Source of the DNA: Tubiluchus corallicola
Lineage: Eukaryota; Animalia; Priapulida
Assembly: GCA_030141605.1 (NCBI GenBank)
Contig: JAQGDQ010002371.1
Coordinates: forward strand, 124,001 to 188,000
Direction of reading: 5' to 3'
Length of the DNA stretch: 64,000 nt
This document shows, piece after piece, positions 1 to 13,238 of this stretch (the first letter of the stretch is position 1; each line of letters begins with the position of its first letter). The translations under genes and the position numbers were made by a program. The notes beneath the pieces were generated by a model. That model was not told where the DNA came from and searched no databases. It saw only the letters and a program-made list of their open reading frames with translations.

Positions 1-420
1 GGTAGTATTGCTGTCGTTTTGTTGCTTTGTAGATCTTGTTCATGGTGATGGCTGTTTTAGTGTCGTTGTTTTTGCTGTTGATACTTCCGTTGTCATTACC
101 GCCATCTTGTCATCTTCGTAACTGGCATTACAATTGTCTTTGTTATTATTGCAGTCTTAATAGTGCTTCTGCTCTTGTGTGGCTAACTGTTGCCCTTTGT
201 GCTTTTGCTGTCATTGTACTTATTTGATATTGTGACTTGTTCGTCGTTGTATTGCAATAGTTCCATTGTGTTGTATTGTATTGTATCGTTGTCGTGTCCT
301 TGTTATTGTTGTTGCTGCTGTTGCTGTTATTATTGTCGTCGTTGTTATTGTTATTGTTACTCTTGCTATTGCTGTTGCTGCCATAGCTACTATTGGCGTT
401 GCTACCACCCACATCACTAC
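1..420. repeat. Degenerate (GTT/TGC/TAT)n trinucleotide low-complexity tract
   Basis: Continuous gttgtt/tgctgt/tattgt runs; explains the spurious Asn/Val/Cys-rich ORFs at 36-460. Confidence 0.85.
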
Positions 421-1559
421 TGTTCCTCTTACATATTTCTGGATAATATTAATTAGCTAAGCTTCAGCAGACTGTGCTTTGTGTAATTCACAATTGGCTT
501 CACGTCCAAGACTGATACTCAGAATTCAGAAACTTGAATAAAAAGCACCCAATTATTATAATATCGCTATCCTACTTAATTAAAAACAAACCGTCCGCAG
601 TCGTTGTGGGCGGTGAGACCTAGAAAAGGAATGCGGTTAAAAGCCACGCACGTGCGTCTTGTTAAATTATAAGAAGCTGCATAATAGTGACAGACAAACT
701 GCCTTGGCAGTTAGCAGCAATTTTACGCGAAGCCAGGCTATAGACAACACATGCAGTGCGCGTTGCATTCAAGTACTGACGTTACTATACTTTATCGCTC
801 CTTATTGTACAATATTAATTATGTTTGTGCGACGTTCATCTAAATAGTAACAAATGCGAAGTTTGACACAAACATAAATTTTTCTGATGATTTTGTTTCA
901 AGTTTCGCTTGAACGGTGACATTGTCATTAAAGTCTGGCCAGCAGTATGATATCTCTAATGCAAGCAGGTTTGGCCCAATAACGTGTGGCGATTGTTAGT
1001 GTCAGTGATAAGCCTCCCTAATATCGTTGACGTTTCTCTCATTAATCGCAGTAATTTCTAGGGCTTCAAATGAGTAAACCCGCCTGCAATATGAAGCCAC
1101 TGAGCGGCATGTGAGATCGCATTACTTGCCGTGTGTGGGAACATTATGAATTCACACAAAAACAACTTGTGTGGCTAAAAATTTTAATTAGTCTTTATTG
1201 TGCTTACCTGCATGACAGTTGTAATTTAGCTGTCATGAAAAGGGTCGAATATTTGCTGAGAATTTATGTAATTTGTTTTGTGACCCATTGATTTAAACAC
1301 AACATTAAAATGAGGTTGAATCACTACTTGGTTTTTATTACGGTGTTACGAGACGTGTTGGTTGCATCCAGCACAGGATATGACGTTATTAACGAGGGAA
1401 GTAAGCTTGATGTTAATCGCTTGCAAAAGATTTTCGGATATAAATGGGAAGGTAAGTGCATTGCTCGATTACCACGATGATTGCTAATAGATGCACGTGT
1501 GTTGTTAATAGATGTATCAACATCTATAGAGACTGTAAATATATTATTGCCCCAAAGTA

Positions 1560-1830
1560 AAATAAGAATGAAGTGTAATTTGACCCGCTGAAAAGTTATT
1601 TTGCAAATAATTTCTGATAAGGTTAAGGGATGTACTGTTAAATCCAAGAAGTTTGAGATTATTGAGCAATAAAGCGTAGTTTAAACTGTTAAATGCTTTG
1701 CTTAGACCCAGAAATGTTCTTACTATGTATTTGTTTTTGTCAAAATTTGATCTCCAATTTCGGTTAGCATTTAGTATTTCATTGATAGTTGAGTATTTTT
1801 TGAAGCCATTAATGTAAATAACGATGTAAA
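1560..1830 (-). mobile_element. Degraded LINE (CR1/L2/Jockey-type) reverse transcriptase fragment
   Basis: Translation GFKKYST...FLGLSKAFNSLNYALLLNNLKLLGFNSTSLNLIRNYL matches the RT motif FLDLSKAFD-h-H-LL-KL...G...L-WI-SYL, with catalytic Asp lost. Confidence 0.8.
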
Positions 1831-3249
1831 AATTAATATAATTTATGTTGTATAATATAGTGTTATATAATAACACTTTTTGTGCAACACGATAGAAGTG
1901 ACAGAAAGTCTATTTTTAAGTGTTTTTATGTTTTGTATGTAATTTTTGGCGCAACTGTTTTTGCTAAAATGTCAGATAAATTCCGACAAAGTTTTTAGTA
2001 ATAGCATTTGCCAAGAACAGTTGTCGTAAAAGTCACTGAAATGGAGTGTTATCACTCTTGAATAAACAGTAAAAGTAGATGATATAACCACAAAAATGTC
2101 GAATTGAATTTATGAAACTCTGTTACTTAAAAAGCGAACATACATAAATTGATCTATGGTGCACGCAGCCACGATGACACCCAGACCAAAGACGACAATG
2201 ACAACAACAACGACAGTGGCTGATTATTGTCGGTTGCGCTTTATTTTAATTATTTTTTACATAGATGGCTCGGGGTTGCTATCATCACATAACTTAACGT
2301 TTTACTGCACTTTCTGCAGAGAAGTTTTTATTATGCTTTCGAAGCTTAATGAAGACGCGCCGAGAAAATGCGTACTCTTAAAGTTTTAATCGAAAATTAT
2401 CAGCAAAACTTAATTTGCTGTGTGTGCGGTGGCAGCAAGTCCAGAAACAGCAGCTCCGGGAATGTATTTATCCAGGTTTATTACGTATTCGGTTTGTGCA
2501 TTTTATTTTTTCGACCAATATAATCACACAGAAATACCCATAAAGTGCCTGCGCTGTATAGATTGATGTCAACAAGAAAGCAATAAACAGGATCGTTTAA
2601 TTCTTTCGAGTGACGTGCATCCAATTTTATAAAACCTTAACTGTAGCTGGCAGGAGACACAATTTTGAAATTTCACCGCTTGTACAACATTTATTGTGTA
2701 TCCAATCCATTTAGATTTTGCAAGGTTTCAATGTATAGCTGCTTTAACGCCAAAATAGTCGACGAAGTAGATGCAGTAAATTAATACCTATGTCTGAAAA
2801 TTTTCATTTGATTTCAGCCAGAAAATGTCCGTAAGCTGAAAGCTAACATGTGTTACGGTTTTTTAAAAGAGCGTATTAATTTCCTCCCGGAACACACCCT
2901 GTACGTAGCTTTTAAGTATTTTGGAAGAACTGATGTTGGATTTAAAGCATATTTTAAAAAGCAAAAAGGTTTTCATATATATTTGAATTTTCCGGTGCAC
3001 TGTACTGTCTTTGCAAGATTATTTTGATAATCGCAAACGTATAGGTGGAGATTGGAGCAGCATAATAGATAATCGTTTTTACATTTTTTGACATTTACAG
3101 TAAAATAAAAATAATGAAATAAAATAAAATAAAATAAAATGTAACAGATTTAGCCCAATCTGGAAAAATAAATTAGAAAAAAAATTGGAAGCAGCTTAGG
3201 GAGGCCTTTAAGTCGCTGCTTGGCGGAAAACAATTTTGCGTGGTAAGCC

Positions 3250-4625
3250 AACACTTCGCCTGTTATCTTTTCACCAGTCTACTTTTTCGCCAGTTTACTT
3301 TTTTGCCAGTCTACTTTTTCGCCAATCTATCTTTTCGTCAGTGTATCGTGACTAACACTGACCTAGAAGTCACCATTGCCAATTAGGTGTCGATATGGTT
3401 TCATTTGAACACTTTGTGAACGGAAGATATAAGTCCTACAGAGGCGTGCCATAGCCATATATCGTTCGATTCGCAATAAAACGTAGAACCTGATGCACTG
3501 TGTCAAAATCGCTAGTCGCCTTTCATTTAGCCAGAAAATGGCAATAAATAGGATGTCCGGTCGAAAATTTGACATTCAGTATCTGCTGTTATTTTCGTTT
3601 TGCGATTTTAGTTTCTGAGATACGCATCTTTTTTTGGAATAACTCAAAAACTACACAGAGCTACTCCACTAAATTTGGTGTGTTTGTAGCTAGCGCCTGC
3701 TGACCTGCTTGAGTTATGAGCCAAAAATCATCCAAATATGTCCATCTTTGATAAATCTTAATTCCTACAAGAAACGCCACCTACCAAGATCGCGCTGAGT
3801 GGTGATTGTTCGATCAATAACTTGCTACCTAGCCGCCACCACCACCGGGCTGCTACGCTATGCACGTTTTTCTGGTACATGTCGGTACCATACTTATACT
3901 ATCAGGTTAGCAAGTATCGACATGGTTTCCTTTAAACGCTGTCTGAACGAAAACCGTAAGTCCCACAGAGACGTACCATATATCATTTGATTCGCAATGA
4001 AACGTAGAATGAGATGCGCTAAAAGTGCTAAAAGTTTTTACTCTGTTTTGTTTACCTAAAATAATTTTGTTTGCCGAAATTTGGCAAATTGCATAAACGA
4101 GATGTGACGAAGGTGTCGAAATGCCTAATTTGGGAATCCATATCTTATGCAAAAGTTTAGTTGAACTGTTTTATGATATAAAACCAAACTGTTTTGAAGT
4201 CAGATTTTACTTGTTTGTTCAATGTCACCGTTTTATGCATTACTATATCATGTAATTGAAGCCAAGTAGACGACATTTTTGGCTGTTGAGTTCGTCCAAG
4301 AATTCCGCTCTAACCTGTCGAGTTGTGCGGATGTTCTCTTGTGGTCGGTCTAGTAGTTATAGTGTTTGCTTGCAGAAAAGAAATCTGTCAGCATGGTGCA
4401 TGACATAGATGATAGCTGCTTGTTAACGATGATACTTTCCTGTTACTAACTGTTACTGATGATACTTACCTATTGCTCATGGAATTTATCTGACACTGAT
4501 GGTACTTACCTGTTACTGGCGCTACATACCGGCTGTCGATAATTTACCTGAATTTACATGTCGAAAAGGTAGAATGGCGAAAAAGTAGACTGACGAATTG
4601 TGGACTGGCGAAACGACATACAATC
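3250..4625. mobile_element. Foldback/MITE-like DNA element with inverted subterminal ~17-bp tandem arrays
   Basis: ccagtctactttttcg-like units repeated ~4-5x at 3255-3345; reverse-complement units (cgaaaaagtagactg, tggcgaaa) at 4561-4615; exact termini not resolved. Confidence 0.6.
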
Positions 4626-6279
4626 ATTTGTGTTATGTCTTTATTATTATTATTATATTATTAGTATTTTTCATTGTTAAAAATGTTACAAACAATGTAC
4701 ACATAGCATGCAAAGTTTGTAGGTGCTGATGATTTAGGAAACGTTATATTTTATACGTGAATTATTAACCTGATTCGTGAAAGAAATACTAGGGTGAAAA
4801 CTAATCTAATAACAAACGACAATCTGCTGTGACACAGAGAAAGCAAAAAAGCTCAAAAACTTGTTGCAATGCGCACTTTTTATCACGTTCAAGAGTTAAA
4901 CGCTAAGTACCAATAAATAATAGACTTCTATTAAACATCAACGTAGTGTGCTAAACCTGTTTTTGAGAATTGATACATTTGATGATAAAATTGTTTACGA
5001 AGCCAAACTTTTCCACATGGATCAGATTACTTTTAAAGGCAACAGCAATTTCATGTTGCCATGTTAACAAACATTTTTTTAATTTGTATCGTTGAAGGTA
5101 AAAGGTCGCGAAATTCTTGCCGAAAATTAAGAGTTTCAATAATTTGCTACACAACTAGAATGTGCTGCTCCACTGCGTTAACATCTGGTAAAGATTTAAG
5201 TGTGTTAATAGAAGCCATTGCTGAATAATCCTAACTTTATGTTTATTTATGGAACGAGTGACGTGTACTTGCACTTTCCGTCTATGTGTGTTTGCTGTAT
5301 TTAACATCAGATTTCAACTTTGTGGTGAACAGTTTTACCATGTTTTAAAGAATGATCTTAGCCATGTTATTTTTTATGGATTCTCCGCATAATAGGGACT
5401 CACAAACTTCATAAACGTCTTAAGGTTTATTAATTTCATAAGCCACAAAGTTCAAAAACTCTTAATGAGGTGATGCTGATATAATGCATTGAGGCCGTGG
5501 AACTCACTTTTTTACTGGAACAACCACGTTGGTACATTATTTTAAAATGTTGGTCATAAAATATCGTACTTTTGTTTTAAGATTTTTTTAAAAGTATTTT
5601 AAAATAAAATGAGTTTAATTCATTTAAACAATACGCATGTATGCGTATACAATTTAAGCGTGTACTAAGCTGACAGTGACGGGGCCAATGTTAGCGTAGA
5701 ATGAATTTCTGATAAACTCAGCATCGCAAACATACTATTTACCAAGTGTCTCCACTCGTCGAGAGTAGTACGTTGTAACAAAGATTTTCGAGATTAGTAT
5801 AATTATTATAACAAATTTTAGCGCCAAGTCGGACTTTGAAATAGCTAAAATTTAATAGCTTTTAACACTCAATGCTAACTGTTTATCCAAAAACTTGAAA
5901 GCTGCTGACTCGATAACTCACGTTCATTTCGTTATCCTTTCATCTACATATTGCTATTAAAATTAATTATGCTCTATTTACATTTTATTTTAATTCATTA
6001 TTGTTATAACCCGGGTTGGACACTATACATATTTCGCAGCAGTATGAGCCTAATCCCACAGAGCTATTTACTGTACGTCTTCCAATCTTCTAATTATTAA
6101 AACCCTGATGAAATTAAGCATTAATGCAAAATGCAGAGAGCAGCTAAGAAATCGTTTCCTGCGCAACCTCGAGGGTAATTTTGACAACTTACCAGCAAAT
6201 CTATGCTAAAGTAAAAGGTTAAAGGTATAATTGATATTATTTAGTGCATCACGATTGGTTTAGCAACTGGATTAGCAAA

Positions 6280-6375
6280 GTCGCTTGACAATTGGGTGAA
6301 CATCAGAGTGGTTCGTCGCGACCCAAGTTAAGCAACGCCGAGGTTAGTCAGTGAATGGATGCGTAGTGACATTCC
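6280..6375 (+). pseudogene. 5S rRNA-derived sequence (5S pseudogene or SINE3 head)
   Basis: aagttaagcaacgccgaggttagtcagtgaatggatgcgtagtgac (6325-6370) resembles the 5S internal control region AAGTTAAGCAACGTCGGGCGCGGTTAGTACTTGGATGGGTGACC; ends diverged. Confidence 0.55.
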
Positions 6376-9300
6376 ATACTTGTTAGGGAGATATTCATTT
6401 GTCATACTAATTCTGTTTATTTACATCATTGAGGGAGGACATGACACCTGCGATCTTTATGATAAGGACCTCAATGTACTGCTATATATTTTTAGCGTAT
6501 GACCTCAATGCAGTGCTGATGATTTTTCGGATGATGATCGGTGAGATTGGCACCCGCAGCCTTTTGGTTGAGTTCACCTATTAAAGTAGCATGCTGTGCA
6601 CGTTAGAATTTCAAACCTTACGGGATAAGTGGCTACTGAATTACGGTTAAGACCGGGGTTAGAGCAAGCGGTACTTCGTTAAAACTTGTTTTCATTTTGC
6701 TAAATTTTATGACAAATTTATGGTTGTAGAAGCAATGTGCTGAAGGAGTTAAGGGAGGAAAATGTTTAGAGGAATTGGCTTTTAAACAAGAATGGTAACG
6801 CATTATTTATTTATTTATTCATTTATTTATCAAATCATATTTATCAAAAAATACATACGGTATTATAACCCTTAGAAGCAGCCATGCTGGATGCAGCTGT
6901 TTTAAGAATGAATCTCGCACTAAAAGTATTATACGAGGGAACACAAAGCGCACATCTTTCAGCAAATTTGAACATTCATGATCTGCTATTTTAGAGGAAC
7001 TGGCGTCAAAAATGCTCCAAAGAAAGTTGTGTACGCGCAACGTATTTTAACATAATTGTGGATGACCATAAATAATTATATATTACAAATATCTAACACT
7101 TTTGCACGGAGATTTCGCTCCAGATTTGCCGAAAACAGAGTAGAAGTAGTAAGTAGTAAATTTATTGACTGGTGATAGTCCACTAAAAACAGTTACAAGT
7201 AATTTCAAAAATTGCAAGTTTGGTTGAGCTAATGCTACCCATCCACCAAAGATCAATGATGTGTGCACTCTCCACGTAGTGCCTTTTTTACTGTGAGAAG
7301 CTGCTAAGAATAAGATAAGGAATGTCCTTACTGAGATGAAGATATTTGCTGAAAATCGACTATATTTTGGAAGTGAGAAATTAACAGCCTCGAAATTTGA
7401 GCCAGTAGGCCAAAAAAACATAAAGATGGTTTGAATTTATCGCCATAGCAAATATTTTAAGGTATTTTATTCATTAAATATAATGGCTTCGTGAATGACG
7501 TTTTTAATTCAAGAACAGCTGCCGTAGAAACGATAATTCTGCAATTCTGAATTATTTCACGATTGTGCTACATGTATTAAATTAAATGTGACATTCAGAA
7601 ATATAAACGTATCTAGGCAATTTCATTTTATTAGTGATTAAGCTTATCCGTGAGGTGCACGTTAATATTTGTTAATGTTTTGAAAATTAAGTAAGCATTT
7701 AAAGCGCTGCTGGGAAATGATTTACTGTTGAAATGTTATAGGTCTTCGCATACAATGAACGAATAAAATATTGGAAAGGACAAGCCTTATCACTCAGTGG
7801 ACAATATTAGAAATGTCACATGATCTCTGACTTGCTTCCTCGACTACATGAATGTGGTGCACCCGATAACGCGTATCGATTAAGTGAACTTAGAATTTTG
7901 TATTAAAATTTGCAGATGTATATTGAACTGAATTCGACTTGGCTCGGGAGTCAGAGGGTCGAATTCCAGATGGTATGGCGGTCTTTATGACAATGATCCG
8001 CATTATGATGAACCAAAGGTTGGCTTAATTAGTAATGAATTGTTTACCATGTACCTTTTGTAACAAGTCATCTACCACACACAAAAGACACAAAATAAAA
8101 CACTAGATTAACACTGTGACAATTTTTATTGCCTGCACTAATAACAGAAAAAAAGAAGAAATACTCAAAAAACTAAGTAAGTTGAGTAACAGATCTCAGA
8201 TACTAGGTGCACCTGTGTCAGAAATCAAGGCTGTGGTGACCTCTACACGCTTTTATACGTCAGCTGGCTTTTCACGCCTCGTGTTGTCCAAACAAGACGT
8301 CTGGATCTATAAGGAAGGGGTGAGTCGCTACTGAGGTGGAAGCAGGACGTGCAGAAAGCCCTATGCCTGAACCGACACAGGTGTCTGCGTAACAATATTA
8401 TTATAGAAATATATAGACAGAAGTATAACTAATTCATAATGCGTAGGATCCGTCCACAATAAGCACTGCATAATATTTTGGAATGGGGTATGCGCTGAAA
8501 TGTTCTGGGAATGTGATTCTTGAGGCTCAAATGTTTTGGAATTGCGTTTTTCATTTTAAAGAATAGCTTATCAGATTCAACAGTAGGAGTAGGTGTAAGC
8601 TAAGCCTTTGTTTACTTCGAAAAAAACGATGTACCAGAATTATGTGTTATGTTCTGTTGGCCATTTTAATAAATCAGTTCGTAGTGTCATGTTTCAGCTA
8701 ACGTTAGTGGTCTAAGATATATAACGACCAGTATCCAGCACAAAGGAAACGGTATTGCGATCGTAATTAACAGTATAATTTTTGCGATAACTAAGAACGT
8801 ACTGCAAATGTGAACACTATAACAGGCTGTAGTAGAATAATCTAAAGCATTGTTGAATTAACCTGTTTACTGATTTTGCATAGTTGGCTCAATGTTACAG
8901 GAAATTAAACTTCTTTCCTAAGTGTTATGTTTACAAATTAACTTGTCAATTGTTCATGTATAGAAGTCTAAAACTCTAAGCCTTATCTCTGGATTGTAAT
9001 GGAGCCAATTGTTTTATCCAATTAAGTATTAACCAATTACTCTTTTATTAGCACCTTGCATATGCTTGTTTTCCCACTATTTGTGCACAGGTTTGGAGAT
9101 ACGTGAACCTATAACGTAAACTGCTAGTTTGATGAAAAATTAAGAATCATCAAATGTGTGTCATTAAGAAATCATTAAGAATCATGTGCTAGATTAAAAA
9201 TGTGGTTTGTTTACAGTTAGTAATGATGTACTATTTATGACGTACTAACTTGAAATGCGATCGTTTGTTCCAATTTGTAACCGTTGTTCATTATGCTGCA

Positions 9301-10281
9301 AGCGCAATAATCACCATTTGTCACAACGCTTTAATGCTCGTGTTTATCGTTTTATTTTACAGCTAGGAATGAAATGTAGATCTTACAACAACACTAAATT
9401 AAATTTACAATTTCATTCTAGCTACACTAAGGTAACAAAGGAGACTCTACCGTTGGTTTAAATAAGTATTTATTATAACAACATTTTGCACATATTGCAG
9501 TCCATGAAACCGCAGGCAAGCCTATTTACAGTTGTCCTGGCTGTTGATGAAGCATCAAAAACTTATAGTGAAATTACAGTAATAATATTTATTTCAGTCT
9601 GCAAGGTTTGTATAAATCTTTGGTAAACTACGTAAATTGAAATATATTAAGGTATTAATCCTGCACTACATCAACTTCTTAAAAAACTCAGATTTTTCGA
9701 GTAATGATGCAGAATGGCTGTACCTTAGACGAACCAGTAAAATAACAAAATAACCTTGAGTCCAATTGCTTTAGAAGTAAAAACTGTAAGCCGGTAGGCA
9801 CTGGATTGTTATGCTTTTACTATGCTGTGCTGTTTATCTGCTTATTTTCTGTTTGTTGTGTTATGTTTTATGTTTTGACTTTTTATGCTACTGTGTGATC
9901 TGCTTAACATCTGTTTTTTTATTGAGGGCTGATACGTTTTCAAGTTTTTGCTATGCATTTGCTCAATAAGCTCCAGTGATAACTGAGGAGCAGTGACTGA
10001 AACTTACTTTATAAGTTCTTTCGAATGACTATACATATAATTTAGTTTATTGTTAGCTTCGTATTCTGTGTTTTCATTTTGTGTAGTAAAATAGTCGCCA
10101 TTTTAAACTGCAATTTTAGTTACAGTTTAAAAAGCCAACAATTTTGTTACTTTGCCGTATGCAACCTTCAGTGGAGCAACCCGTAATCAGTAATGAGAAA
10201 GTGTATTAATTTCGATGAATAAGTTCTCAAAAATGGTTACAGGTTACTTCAAATCACTTCAAATGGCACATTAGGAAATGT

Positions 10282-10430
10282 GACCAGACGGAACAGCCTA
10301 ATGTATAATGCGTCTGTTTTCCATCTGTGAAGTTCCAAGTACGATACCGGGTCATACCAACGATTTTTAAAAGTGGTGTATTCTTTTGCGTTGCCTGTCG
10401 TGTGGTATATAGGGTAAAAGTGGGGTAGTA
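10282..10430 (+). mobile_element. Degraded tRNA-derived SINE
   Basis: A-box-like agcctaatgtataatgcgtc, B-box-like agtacgatacc, then ccgggtcataccaacgatttttaaaagtggt, resembling a widespread metazoan SINE central domain. Confidence 0.55.
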
Positions 10431-13182
10431 ATAATCTTTGTTATGTAACTGCAGTTTATTTGCAGTAGGCAAAAAGCTTTTTAATTTACGTTAACTGTTT
10501 AACATGAAAGCCGACTTTAAATAGAGGTTATTATTGTTATTATCATAAATAAAATTTACTGCAAGTAAGAGCAATACCAGAAAAATACAGGTCAGATAGT
10601 AACTGCTAATAATGAGTACACATTGTCTGATGTCGCCGTTGTCGCCTATCCCATCATAACTCTATCCAGGGACCTCTATATTTGCTCCATTTAACGTATT
10701 TTGTTGTTGTTGTTTATGCCATTAATTTAGTCTTATCCACGTTGAGCATAGCTCATAAGTTAAATTCTTCTGCTGCGCTCATAGCGTTGTAATGCACTGT
10801 TTAATTGTAATTTTATAACTTTTATTTTTGTATTTCTGCTAAAAGGATGAATAATTAAATCTAAACCTAAATCTACATCCATCATCATTTAACTCACCTG
10901 TGATTCATGCTCGCATTTTCCACGTACCGTGCAACCTAAAAAAGTTACTAACAGCAGTGAAGTTTTAAACTGTAACCAAATGCCTTCGGTGCAGTGTCAT
11001 TTTTGGTATAGAATGACAGGCAAACGAAGTGATAAATTCACTCTGTAGACGAAACAGAGTTAGTGGATGCTTAAATTATTAGTAAAGTAAATATTTTCAC
11101 TGGCGTACTGGAGCGTGTGAACCTAACCTCATTTGCTGCTTAATAGAATGCTGCAAGAATAACAATGACTGCCAGTTTTACACAATTGGTTTAATGTAAG
11201 AAGAAACCGTCACTCTGGTAAAAAATTCCGCAATTTTCATGTACTAGTTGATGAGATGTGTGCGCAACTTCGCCGCCCGTCACAGCGCGTCACTTTTCGT
11301 CGCGCGAATGAGTTTATGTCATCTCCATCACAATCTTATATGTATAGCTTCAGCTTCGTGTAGAGGAAACCGCTGCATTGTAGGGATTCAGCGGCGAGTA
11401 ATGTAAACACATCCCCAAGCCATTGAGGGATGCCTGAACATCGCTCATTTAATACCGCATGTGAAAATCCCATTAAAATTTCATCAGTCACTGAGTACTC
11501 AATGCAAATTTAAACATACTCTGAGTGCAGCTTTGCGATCTGGGCGGATCCCTGAAAATTACAAGTGGACGTTCCTGTTTATTTTAAGTCGATGGCTTCT
11601 TAGCTGTATAAACAAACCCAAGAAAATGATGGTGTTCAAGTTCCCGTGCGTCAGTTCTCGAAAATAGTTAATTAGCATTTCGAGTTGCTAAATTAGTTTA
11701 ATATTGTAGACCTTGGTTGCTTACTTTAGTTAACACAATGGGATTTTTTATTTGGTGTCAGTGCTTAGTCACCCTAGAAAACAACCTTAGCAAAGGACTT
11801 AAATAGTGTAAAAGTTTCGAAAAAACGACTCACACGTAATGAGATTTTTATATATCTTTACCAAATGTATCTTTTTTCATATTGGAGCTAAAATAATTTG
11901 TGGTGCAAAGACAGTTGCCTTGGAAAATGTACCTAGTCACGACAACGATATACACTGGTGCTATACACCTGTAATGTTGAATTTTAATCTTTCTTTTCCA
12001 CGTATGGCCGGAAATCTTCGATTGCGAAACGAGTATGGACAATGAAAATGTTTATAGTGATTAGTAATTTTTATAGTGATTAATAAAAAATAATGGAAAT
12101 TACCAAACAATTTCGAAAATTTCGAAGTGTAAGCCCTCGCAGCGACTCTTTCTTGTTAAAATTGATTTACTACCTGATCAGTCATTGTCATTCAGAACAG
12201 CAACCTAGTACAGGACAATTACATGTCTTATTACTTACTTCATGATATATTGCTCATCCTTAGAGTACAGTAAAGTAATCAGTTATTTACATGTATAACA
12301 CTTACTCTTTACGTTCAAGCACACTTTCAGCGATGGGTTGTGGTTCGGCCTAGAAATTTAAATCAGCAACCTATATCTTGTCGTTGCTTGGTATCAACGT
12401 CAATTTTTGCTTTTCTTTGCAAGTTTACCTGATATATTATGGCCAGTAGATGAATGAAAGCCTGTTATTGAAAGCCTATTGCACACTTTCTCTCTTAGCC
12501 GTTATATAATTATAGGATTAAATGTGGTGCTTCTTTTCAGCTTTCCTTTCATATTACAAACACGGTAGTTGCACGTGCCAGACAGCCTTCTAAACATTTC
12601 AATCAGCAAGAGGAAAATATCTGCAAATGTGTGACATTGATATTGACAAGTTGATTGGAACACCTGTATCTTTGTTCTACTGTAAAGATTTGAACAGTTG
12701 GCTTCATCCTTGCTGTGCATGTGTGAGTGCGTGCAAATGTAAATGCTTCTTTGTGACCTGCAATGTCGGGCCAGCAATTTAAATGATAGAGTGGCGATCT
12801 GTGCAATGTTCTGGGTTAATGTCCCATTTGGTTTGGCCCACAATTTTTCATCTATCTATACAAGCTGTCCGAATATAGAAGGAAAGCAATTCAATAGTGT
12901 ATACGTGTGCAAAAGATTTATAAACTTTGGTTCAAAATCGACTGTTTTTCAAAACAATCTGCATGCAGACTCGAAAATTCATGGATGCATGGGCGGTACA
13001 AATGTGCAGAATACTCCAGATCCACCTGGCACAATATTTTAGTCAATGTTAATTATATGCATTTATAAGCAGATTTCACACCCATGCCCAAACGTTTTCC
13101 TTGCAAATGAACCAACGGCGAGATTAATTGAAAACAGCAAAAATGACTTGCAATTTCAATTAGTGATTTACAAAAACTGTAT

Positions 13183-13238
13183 AAAATACTGAACTGAGCA
13201 TAACTTATTCAAAATACTGAACTGAACATAACTTATTC
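13183..13238. repeat. 28-bp tandem duplication
   Basis: aaaatactgaactgagcataacttattc / aaaatactgaactgaacataacttattc, 1 mismatch. Confidence 0.9.

Noticed and set aside
9980-10005. ctgagga...gaaac as a hammerhead ribozyme core
   Set aside because: Stem II does not pair convincingly and stems I/III were not found.
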